Positions 1-10,500 of a stretch of 64,000 nucleotides of DNA are shown here, piece by piece. The position numbers and the translations under genes are program-made. The DNA is from a virus (taxonomy: Duplodnaviria > Caudoviricetes), in IMG/VR virus record IMGVR_UViG_3300030118_003411, positions 1,037-65,036 of that record; one strand, written 5' to 3'. The notes beneath the pieces were generated by a model. It saw only the letters and a list, made by a program, of their open reading frames with translations. It was not told where the DNA came from and ran no database searches. Every line of letters starts with the position of its first letter. Position 1 is the first letter of the stretch.

Positions 1-224
1 GCGGGAGCCTCGGGAGCCGGAGCGGGAGCCTCCGGAGCGGGAGCGGGAGCGGCGACCTTAGCCATGAGCTTCTCAAGGCGGGTGACCTTGTAGGCCTTGC
101 CCTTGATCTTAGCATTCTGGAGCCGACGAGCCAGCTCACCATGGGCCTTGACGTTACCGCCCTGAGCAGCGGTCACAAGGTCGGCACCAGAGAAAGAACG
201 GTAATCAATCTTAGCGTTAGTCAT
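1..224 (-). CDS. Early protein with Ala-Pro-Glu (APAPEAP) repeats, truncated at window edge
   Basis: Read manually: ATG at 224 after GGAGA RBS; MTNAKIDYRSFSGADLVTAAQGGNVKAHGELARRLQNAKIKGKAYKVTRLEKLMAKVAAPAPAPEAPAPAPEAP; GC-rich codons. Confidence 0.75.
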   Translation of the reverse strand, partial: MTNAKIDYRSFSGADLVTAAQGGNVKAHGELARRLQNAKIKGKAYKVTRLEKLMAKVAAPAPAPEAPAPAPEAP

Positions 225-283
225 ATTTGATCTCCAAATGACTGTTTCGATTATAGTACGTTTCAGAGTTGAAGCGCACTGTA

Positions 284-304
284 GGATATCGCAAGGCGAA
301 AAAA
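284..304 (-). promoter_or_regulatory. Early-region motif copy 1 (TTTTTTCGC-N4-CGATATCC)
   Basis: Same 17 fixed bases as the copies at 773-793 and 1017-1037; 60 nt upstream of ATG 224. Confidence 0.65.
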
Positions 305-770
305 CCCGGCGATACCCTACAGTACGCTCCAGTGATTCGGTATCGTACACTGGAGCGGGAATCGTCACTGTTACAGGGAACGTTCGAATCTGGAGATCGG
401 TCATATGAGCGGCTATCGTATGCCTTGCTCGACGTAGCTCCTCCTCTAAAACGCACTTCTGCCTACAGTAAAGATTCGGTAATCGGACAGTATATCGCTG
501 GGGCGACGGATCGCCCTTCCTGATGTACACCCCGCGCCGTTACCGGGCAGTGGCCCGTCATCGGTGACGTTCGGTTTCGATAGTCACTCGCTCCAGCCGA
601 TAGCCATGAGATAGGCATAACTAGAGCATCCATATAGCGTGGAGTGTCCTCAGTAGGGCCGCTTCTCGCCCACTACCCTTCTCGCGCCGCTATGGCTCGG
701 GCAGGCCCGTAACAGGCCAGTATACTAGGTTTTTCGGTCAATCCGTCAGGTCCGGTTTCCCGAGCCGTCA
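305..770 (-). ncRNA. Candidate large structured non-coding RNA
   Basis: No convincing ORF; many helices (694-701/759-766, 634-639/688-693, 411-418/598-605, 501-506/511-516 with UCCG loop, 325-334/348-357); begins just after motif copy 2. Confidence 0.5.
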
Positions 771-772
771 GG

Positions 773-793
773 GGATATCGCAGGGCGAAAAAA
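773..793 (-). promoter_or_regulatory. Early-region motif copy 2
   Basis: ggatatcgcagggcgaaaaaa on the + strand. Confidence 0.65.
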
Positions 794-798
794 GCAGG

Positions 799-981
799 TC
801 AGCAGGTCCGTGCGCCGCGCTGGAGCGCACCTTGTAGTTCCGTGATGCGGACCCACGTTTCGATTCCGTTCCACTCTACCTTGACCTTGCGGTCACGGGC
901 GACCTTGTGAAGCTTGCGATTCTCGCGGTCTAGACTTGACTTGGATGCGCTCAGGGTCGCGCCTTTACTTATGATTGCCAT
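799..981 (-). CDS. Early hypothetical protein (60 aa, basic)
   Basis: ORF with GGAGA RBS, preceded by motif copy 3. Confidence 0.7.
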   Translation of the reverse strand: MAIISKGATLSASKSSLDRENRKLHKVARDRKVKVEWNGIETWVRITELQGALQRGARTC

Positions 982-1016
982 TTGTTGTCTCCGTTTCGGT
1001 GTTTCGTTTCGACACT

Positions 1017-1037
1017 GGATATCGGGGAGCGAAAAAA
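1017..1037 (-). promoter_or_regulatory. Early-region motif copy 3
   Basis: ggatatcggggagcgaaaaaa on the + strand; 36 nt upstream of ATG 981. Confidence 0.65.
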
Positions 1038-1039
1038 AT

Positions 1040-1560
1040 GCCCTTCCCTGCGATTGAGACTCATTCGCAATTGAGGAGATTCTGGCTAGGGTAGAGCCTT
1101 GGGGGGTGACGGGGGGTTACGGAGGAACGGAGTGACGACGGGGCTATCTGTGTATTTGCGACCCCTAGTCGATTTTAACTTCTTGGTATACTCTTAACGA
1201 TTGAATACTGTTTATCATCTAATTTTTGTAATCTAGATGATATATCTCTAATTCTTCGATCATGTGCCTCAAGCATTTTTTCATGTAAACTAATTTTAGA
1301 ATATAGTCTAAGCATAAAACCCATGATTGCTAAAACAACAGGTCCAGCGATACTTATTAAAATAGTAATTAGATGTTCCATTTGATTCTCCCCATAGCAA
1401 ATTGTGATAAAACTCCGAAACCCCCCGCAATCCTTAGTCCATACCAACGATATCAACAGCAATAATCTATAGTTAATATACTATATTAACTATACTATAC
1501 AGATATCTATAGATACACCTTAGGTATCTCCCTCTTTTATACCCAATTATTTATTAGTGT
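1040..1560. other. Probable genome terminus / terminal-repeat junction region
   Basis: Lies between the last late gene and the first early units; abrupt GC-to-AT switch at ~1170; G-runs at 1101-1143; AT palindrome ATAGTTAATATA-C-TATATTAACTAT at 1469-1493. Confidence 0.45.
1175..1381 (-). CDS. Small membrane protein (N-terminal TM plus coiled coil)
   Basis: Start MEHLITIL after GGGGAGA RBS; one hydrophobic helix then a charged coiled coil. Confidence 0.65.
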   Translation of the reverse strand: MEHLITILISIAGPVVLAIMGFMLRLYSKISLHEKMLEAHDRRIRDISSRLQKLDDKQYSIVKSIPRS

Positions 1561-1562
1561 TA

Positions 1563-4500
1563 TCACTTCTTTTGCTTTTTCTGAAGTACATCTGCAAGCC
1601 TCTCAGAAGCCCTAGAAGGCCCGCTGCCGAGTTCTGTGGATTTAGGAGTCCCCTTGGGCCTCTGAGGTCTCTGAGGCCTCTCGAAGGATTCTCCTGACTC
1701 TCTTTGCATTTCTGCTACAGATTGTCTTATCCTATCTATCTGGGCGGGTTTTTCTGTTTTATTATATAAATCTATGTTTTCTAGCCTTTGTTCAGACATA
1801 CGTCTTTGTTCTAGAAGTCCTATACCATCTGTAGGAGCAGAGAAGTCATAGTTTTGTTTTCTATACCTTCCCCTCTTTCTTTGGTAGGGTTGAGCGTCTC
1901 TTTGGATAGAATCTAGGAATTCTTTAAGAGAAGATCCTTCGTCTATCGCCTCAAGCTCTTCAAAGATTCTTACTGGAATACCAAGGGGCGATTTATTAAC
2001 AGGACCATCTAAAAGTGCCAGTTTAGCATATTCAGCGGATATTTCTGCAAACTCTTTTTCAGAACGACCCGTAATAAGCTCTGCGGTTGTTTTAGAAGCT
2101 CTTGCTACTTTGTCTACATACTTTGGAAGTGCGCTTAAACCGGGCGCACCAAAGGGGTTAAAAGTATCTGTGGGGTCTACACCAAGAGCGGTTTGGATAG
2201 AATTGATTACTAATCCAAGGAATCCATTGAAACGACCAAGAAGGGGAACACCAGCAGCAGCTTTGCTAATATACCTGATTGGTTCCTTTTCAACTTCCTT
2301 CATAATATCTTCCGCATCTCTCCCTGCTAACCACTCTCGGAATGTACGGTTAACAAGATCAGCTACAGCGTATATTGTCAAGGTTCCGACTAGATACTTA
2401 AGGGTGGTTCTTCCACCAAAGTTTGCAATTGTTCCGTACTGGTATGACTGAACCCAGCTAAACAACTTGTTTAACAAACGACCAACAGTAGTCCTACCTA
2501 CAGTTCCTGTTTGAATAGATAGGCCCATAGGTTCAGAAACATCTCTAAGAGTAACCAGTTGCTCAGACATGTAAATAAATCTATCTACTGCATCTTCAAG
2601 AACATCAGGATCTACGTCTGTTTTAGATTTGTTTGTCCTAGCTTGTACATACAGATCTCTAAGTTTAGCAAAATCAATTCTTCCATTTTTAGCCTCAATG
2701 GCTTTCAGAGCAGAATTAAGAGAATCAATCATTTCTCTATTAAGAAGACCATACTGCATAAAAGGAACAACGTCTTGATAATTAAGTCCTTCTTTTCTAG
2801 CCAAGTCCTTAAGGAACTTAATTAGTTCTTTTTGTGCTTTTCTATCTGTAGAAGCCTTTTGTTCTAGATTTTTAATCTTATTAGCATTTTCTGGCTCTTC
2901 CATCTTGTCTAGTAGTTTAATTAATCTACCGCTCTCAAGATGTTTTTGAATCATTCTTGTGTATTTGGTAATTGCCATCATTCGGTTGGCATTAGTTACT
3001 TGATGTAGTGATCCTACTTGGTTTGCAAAATAAGCAAATCTGCCAGCCAGTTCTTGAGGTATTCTAGAATTTGAATCTAGAACAGATTTAGGCAATCCTG
3101 CTCCTTCGGGACCAAACCAGTTTTGGGCAGAAGAAAGCGAAGTTTCTACTGTTTGATCCATTTCCGACAAGAATCTGACAGTCATGTTTCTGTTTAGAAT
3201 ATCAAAAGCAAATATTGTATCTGCTACTTCCATTCTATCAGCAGCCCTATCATACCTTAAATCACCGAAAACATTTCTTAAAAGAGTTATGGTATTGCTT
3301 ATAATCTTTGCTGGATTAGCGGAAAGTATTCCAGAGTTAGCTGTAATTGCTAATGTTTCTGTTCCCGCAGCAATTCCGTACCCCCAAGCAGTTGATCCTT
3401 GAACAAGGTTACTAGCTACGGTATACAGTTGAGTATTTGTGGGATTATACTTATCATCAATTCTAGAAAGTTTTCCAGAATACATGCTATACATTTCTTC
3501 TATTTTATCCATTCCAGCATTAAGAGACGAAGTAAGCATTTCTTCTAGTTCAGGAGAATGTCTTGCTTTTGAAATCTCTTCCAATCCCAACTGCCTAGAT
3601 TGTCGTAAAAACTCATACATTCTAATGCCCTTGGTTCCAAGCATTCGATCTAGCTCCTGTTGAGCAAGAAGTTCAAACAAACGTCCATGTAAGAAATCTA
3701 TAGTACTTAGAGCAGAGTTAGTTTGTAATATCTCTTTTAGTTCAGGAAACTCCATAACTTCTTCGGGAGTAATGTTTTGAATACGGACTCCAACACTTCT
3801 TCCCTCTGGATCACCGAGTCCTAAAATAGGCTTATAGTTTTTTGCAGAAATAACACTATTACTGTATATTCCTTGCCCAAGTTTCCAACTTAATAATTCT
3901 GACATCTCTGCCATGATAATATCTTGATTTTTTGTTGACTTAAGAAAATCAATCATATTAGGAGTATAATTAGAAGCATCTCCATCAACGGCCTTCATGT
4001 ATTTAGCTCTATCAGAAACAGATAGCTCTTCTAGCTTTTTAGGCATTTTAACAATAACGTAATCATCGCCATCTTTAATCAAGAACCAATCTCTGCCAAT
4101 TCTGCCATGAAGTCTTTCATTTGCCTTTAGACTATCTAATGGATTTGTTCTGGTTCTAATTTTTTCATTCATAGCAATTGTTTCTGCATCAAAGTTAGTA
4201 TCGATAACTCTTTCAAGAGAAGATCTTAGGTTTGATACAGGATTGCCGGTTCTATCTGTTCCCTGTCCAAATAAAGACGAAGGAGCATCGCCTTCTTTAA
4301 TATCAACAGGAAGCCACCCTAAAGCGTAAGCAATACTCTTATGGATAGTTTCTCTATTTTTAATTGTGTTCCTTCTTGCTTTTGTCATCATTTCAATAGC
4401 ATCTGAATGACTTGCTACCTTGTTAGGATCTAAAGTAATTGGCACATAAGTCTCTGGATCAAGGGGAGCTTTCTTAGATCCAGAAATAAAGTCTTTCCAT

Positions 4501-7500
4501 CCTGTTTCTTCTTGTAGCTCAAATACCTTTTTAAACATAAGAGTAAGTGTTTTGTTATATTTTACAGACGCTTCAAATATTTCTTCAACAGCATCATTTA
4601 TCTTATTCGCAGGAACTCCTGATTCTGTGAGAAGTTCTTTGATTTCGTTTTTATCAATAGCTTTCTTAGAGGCTCTTGAATTAAAGATATAAGACATAAT
4701 TGAATTATATGAATTATATCTGTTAGATATTCTTAGAAGCCTAGCGTTTTCAGTCATTAAAATGCCAATAAATCTATCAGCTTTACTCTTAGAAGCCATC
4801 CAAGTTCTAATTGGTCTCTTACCCGCTCCCACAATATGTCCTGTGTGGAACCGAGTATCGTCTACAAAACGACTTAGCTTTTGCATAAGAGGAATATAAG
4901 AATACATAGTATCCTTTAATCCTGTACCATATTGTGCGAAAAGCATGACATTTCTCATGGTGTTTCTCCACCAATTTTGAGAATCAATATCAGAGGCACC
5001 AAATACAGTTCCTATCCATCCTTGCTCTCTAACAACTCTGTGATTGTTTCCGTCTTTTTTGTTAAACCATCTTCTAACAGCACCTTTGGCTTTTCCGTCA
5101 AACTTACCTGCTTGCTCTTCGGCCCTCTTCATTTTCTCTGCTTCTGATTCAAACTTACGTCCGCCAGTTAATGCATCGTATTCTTCTGGTTGAAGAGGTT
5201 CTTGGAATCTAGGCTTCTTATTGTCTTTATTAAACTTCTTGTTTGTTTTCTTTGCTGCTAGTTCGTAGATTTGCTTATCGGTTTTAACACTTAATAGATC
5301 TGCTATAGTTTTTGTTTCCATAGCTTCTATCTTTTGTCGTTGTTTGTCGTTCTTAAGTCTAATAGAATCAACTTGTTTCCAGAAATAAACAACAGCTTCA
5401 TCTCCATGATTTGCTGAGTTCTTTTTCATAATTTCTGAAGCCTGTAGTAGATATCCTCCTACAAGCTTAGAAACAGCTTGGAAACTATGCATAGATCTTG
5501 GGAACAAGGAAATTAACTTACTAACGAGTTGGATATCAGCACCTAAGCTGTTTAAAAATTCATTATCAGATAAAATAAAAGCATCTACTTGATCTTGAAC
5601 AGACATATCGTCGGTATCGTGAGCATGGGCTTCTCCCTCTTCTACTTCGGGACCATCTGCTGCATCTCGGCCATTATCAACAACCTGCTCATCTTCATCA
5701 TCAATAGGCTTGGTATTTCCTTCTTCATCAGGAACAGCAGCATCTTCATCTACCTTAACTCCGTCAGTTTCTACTTTCCCTGTAGCGGAGTGAGTTTCAT
5801 TTACGGTATTTCTTCTTGATACCTCAGCAGGCAAAACAATTGTAGCGTCTTCGCCATCGATATGAATTACAGCATCAATGCCATGCTGATCATTTAAATA
5901 ACTCATAATAAAATCATACTCATCTTGCAAGGTCTTAACAAAGCCAAGCTTTCGTAGTGTATCAAGTCCATTTTTAATAGTAACCTTGAGGATGAAAGTA
6001 TCGATTCCCTCTACTAGTAATAAATCATCAGGAATTTGATCAATAAGGTCTTCTGCTTTTGTTATAGGCTTTGTTGCAACAACAGGATTCTTTAGAATAA
6101 CCTCTGATGTTTTAATTACAGTTTCTTTGTTTTGGTCTGCTTCTTTTCGAACAGCTTCTGCTTTAGGCTTACTAGTAGTAGCGACTGTAGCTTTCTTGGT
6201 TGGTTTCTTGCTTGTAGAAGCCTCATGAACTGTAAAGGTTGTAGGCTCTCCCGTTCTAATTGTTTTAATAGATCTAGTATTAATAACGGTTGTTTTAGAA
6301 TCATTAGAGCTTACAGTAGTTTCTTTTGCTTTTTCTTCTCGTTGTTTATTAATCTTAGAAACACCAGTAGAAGCCTTGCTCTCTTCTAAGTCTGCTTTTG
6401 TTTGGCTTTCGTTTATGTCAATTTTCTCAACAGATGCTTGAAGACCGTCTTGTCTCATTTGAGCTTCTGCTTTTTCTAAATCGTATGGCTTAGATTCTGG
6501 AACAAGCTCCGCAACTGTTTCTCCATCAATATCAATTGTACCCTCTTCTACAAACTTTTGTTTACCTGATTCTCTAATTGAATCAATAGTACCTAATTTA
6601 TCTCCTTGAGTTTTCTTTAATGTTTTATACTGAGGGAATTTCTTTTTAAATGCTCTATTCAAAGCAGTTGGGGTAGCTGCGATTCTGTCTTTTAATTCAC
6701 TAACAATTTTTGTTTGCTCAACTAGAGATGCAGCATCTTCTTCAGATAGAACCTGTCCCTTTGCCTTTAACTTAGATCTTTTCTTTTGAATACGTTCTTT
6801 TTCTTTTTTAGCTCTGTTGTATATTTTTTCATTAATTACAAAATCCCACTCTTGTAGTAGAAGGAATTTTTCTTCGTCTGTTAACCTACCAGCTTTATGC
6901 ATAGAATCAATTCTGTTCTTAGCAGCGGTAGAAACCTCAAGACCTCTCATTGTTCCAGACTCAACGTCTGTCATTCTCATTGACATTGAACCCATTGCTT
7001 CTGCCGCCTCTCTAACACCAGCAGATTCAAATTCTAAAGATCTGTATTTAGTTTCGCCGCCCTCTGTAAATTGTCCTTTTTCTTCTCTAAATCTAGATCT
7101 AGCTAAAGATGCTCCTTTTCCTGCTAAGAAAGAAAGAAGCTGCTTTGGACCTTCTGTTTTATCTGATTTAGCGGTAATCTTTCCATCCATTACCTGAGCA
7201 ATAATCTCACCGGCAGCGTCTTCTGCATCTTGTAGATTTTTTACTACGCCATTAATTGATTTAATTAATGCATCATATACACTTGGATTTCCCTTGCTAT
7301 CAGTATGACTTACAAACGAAACAACATCAACATTTCCTGAATCATCAACAACAAGGCTTTCTGGCAGCTTCTTTGATTTAGACTGAGTACTGACTGTTCG
7401 TCTCATTGTAGATTTATCTGCTGCTTCTCCAATTTGATTTGTTACCGCTTCGGCTGTATTAGTAATGTTATTAGATACAGCTTCTACAGCGGCTTCTGGG

Positions 7501-10500
7501 GTAATGTTATCAAGGTTCTCAATAGTATTTAATGTTTTTTCTGTAACCAGTTCTTTTACTGCGCTTAGAATAGTCTTAGTTTTTGTTTGAAGTTTATTAT
7601 CAATAACAACTAAACTTCCATTTAATACCATTTCTTCTAACTTAGAAGCGGGAAGAGAAGCAATGTCTTCGTGTCCTTCTGCAAGTCTAAGAGAAGACTT
7701 AGGATCAAAGAGAACTTTTTCTTTGTTCCTGAGTTTATTGAATTTTTCAATTCTTGCAGCAGCTTCAGGATCCATTGCAGGAGGAACAATATTATCTCTG
7801 TTTTCTGGAGCAACAGCTTTTCTAATTACTTTTTCAGTTCTACTATAACTACCATCATTTGAAATAGCGGATTTAACTTGTGTAGACTCAAATACAATAT
7901 ATTCTCGTCCCTCTTCAATAATTAATCCATCATATCCTTGTTCTTTTAGAATATCTTGAACAGTCTTAGCAACTTTTTTTGCTTTTTCTATTCTCGATTC
8001 AGGAATATTTCCTTCTAATAACTCAAGAGTTAAAAGGTATTCTGATTCAGTAAAACTCATTTCTGGTTTATTTGGATCAAAAAATTGGCTTATTTCTTCA
8101 TAAAAAGCCTCATTTGATTTTAATATAAATGGTCGTTGCATACTAAGATATACAGGAATTACTCTTCCATACTTTCTTGCTCCACTACCAGCGTAAGTAT
8201 TGGCCTCGTTTGCTTGACTAGTAAAATAAATTCCCTTTCCATAAAATCCAACATCAGTTGTATTTATGTTTGTATCGAAGTAACTAAAGTCTTCTTTAGC
8301 GGTAGTTCCGTGAAATAGTAACATTGGCGTTCCATCTAAATGAGATGCTTTGGATTTTTGGAACCACTCTTTAAAGTTTTCGTTTTGTCTTAAATCGACA
8401 TCTCTTCCTTTTTCAATTCTTGCCAATCTATCTCTTAAATGTAGATATTGTCTAGCGGTCTCAATAGCACTTGCAGGAACATCTGACATAATTCCTTGGT
8501 TAATAGCTCCTTCTCCGCCTTTTTTATAGTTTAATAGTGTGGGATACTTCATTCTCTCCTGTAAGAAAAGAGCATTGGATAGTGTACCGTCTATAAAATC
8601 ACCATAGTCGAGCATATCGGTTAGGGGGTGTCCTCTAAGTTCTGATCCTAAATCAATAGAATTTTCAAAAGCTATTTGTAGACCTTTTGCTACACCTCGT
8701 CTTTCAAAGTTAACTTCTCGAAGAACATCCATATTAGCTTCTAATGAGTTTCCTTTTTGTGTTCTCGATGCTACAATAATCTCAGAATCTATTCTAAGAG
8801 GATCTATTACAGATCTAATCTGTGCAGCCTGTGAAATTAAATCTGAAAGTTTAGTTGGCTTTCCATTTTTATCTACATATAAAACATACTCAAACATTTC
8901 AAAGGGATCAAGATACCTTACGGTTAGATAAGTAGCAAGATCTTTTCCAGATTGAGTTCCTTGATCTAATTCATTAATATAAGATGTAATAGTATTTTGA
9001 AAAGTTTCTACATCTGTTTTGTTATCTAAAAATAGTTTCTTTTGAGAACCCGGCCCACTACTTAGAAAATCATTTATATAGAATATAAACTTAGTAAAAA
9101 CATCCCCTGTGGTATTTTCTAGTTGACGAAGTTTCTCCCTTTGTTTTATAGTAGGAGTTCCATCAGAATCTTCTCTAAAAATCTTTACTCTTTCTTCTGC
9201 TCCTCTGCTGTGAGATTCAATATCATCTCTAATAGCTTTTGATAAAGGATAGTCTGTTAATGCTCTTTTAAGTTTATTCTTAATAACAGTACCGCTTAGA
9301 GATTGATAAGTATCTAATTCTAGAGAAGCTAAATAATCTTCTTCGATGCTCTCTCTAAGCTTTTCCATAATCTCCATTTGTCTTTCTTGTCTTGCGTTAA
9401 GATCTCTATAACCACCATCAAGTTCTTCTTGGGTTGATCTAATAACGTCAAGTACATTTTGGACAAGTGTTCTTGCTTTTTCTACAACAAAGGAGTAGAT
9501 ACTATCAATTAATTCTAGTATTCTATATTGAGAACCCGCATCTAATCCCATTGTTATGTTATGGGCTTCATCAAAGACTCCAGCCCGATCATATCTATCA
9601 GTAAGTACTATCCTAGTGAGTTCAGCAAAAAACTCATATGGATCGCTCATAGCGTGTGCAACTTGTCGCTCATCGGCTCCTAATGCTCTAAGTATGTTTT
9701 TAAATACTTCGACTTCATCAGGAGTCATATTATTATATTCATCAAGAATTTTTTTCTGTAAATGAATAGGAAGATCTTCATGAAAAACGTGCCCAGCAAT
9801 TTCATGCAAGAATACACCAACTTGTTCAACACTTGATGCTTTTTTAATCTCATTAAGGTTTAAAATTAATTCTACAGATCCGTCTTCGCCTCTGGATTCT
9901 ACTTCCGCAAAAGTACCTAACAAATCTTCTTGTAGTTCTTGAGAGCTTCTAGAAAGACCAGATGTTTCGTCTGCTGGTCTTGTTACAATAAGATCTCCAG
10001 TTTCTTCTCGATACCTAATATTTCTAAGATATCTTGGATTTTGATTTGCTAATATTGATCGTAAAACTAAAGCAGCATCTGGTTTCAATACACCCATACC
10101 AACCAAAGTATTAAAAAGCTCTAATACTTTTGCATGTTCAGGACTAAGGCCAGCAAAGAATTTATCGTCTTGCATAGCTCTACTAGCTTTCTTTCTTTCT
10201 GCCTTAGACATCCTGCTTTTTCTTTTTGAGGCTTTATTATTTTTAACTTTAGCATCTATTCTTGCTTTTTCTTCAGTATTTAAAGGAGCGTATGCTTTTC
10301 GTGCGCCTTGTCTCTTATCTGTTGTTTTAACGGATTCAGTAGAAGGTACTTCTCTTTCTTTCATTCCTAATCTACGTCTAAACATATTTTCTTGTGCTAC
10401 TAGTTTATTAAGAAATGCTCTATCTTCTTCAGATAATTCTTTTCCACTTTTCTTAACTTTGTTTTCAATAGCTTTAATTACACGACCTAAAGATTCTGCA

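Noticed and set aside
1-55. GCGGGAGC tandem repeats resembling a repeat array
   Set aside because: They encode the Ala-Pro-Glu linker of the truncated ORF; no CRISPR repeat-spacer structure
217-523. ORFs 217-456(-) and 269-523(+)
   Set aside because: No RBS or recognisable protein features; they overlap the repeated motif and stem-loops, which are better explained as regulatory or ncRNA sequence
640-655. CUGAGGA hammerhead-like core on the minus strand
   Set aside because: No correctly placed stem II plus GAAA found
721-741. TTGACC...TATACT sigma70-like promoter on the minus strand
   Set aside because: Spacer is only 11 nt, incompatible with sigma70 geometry
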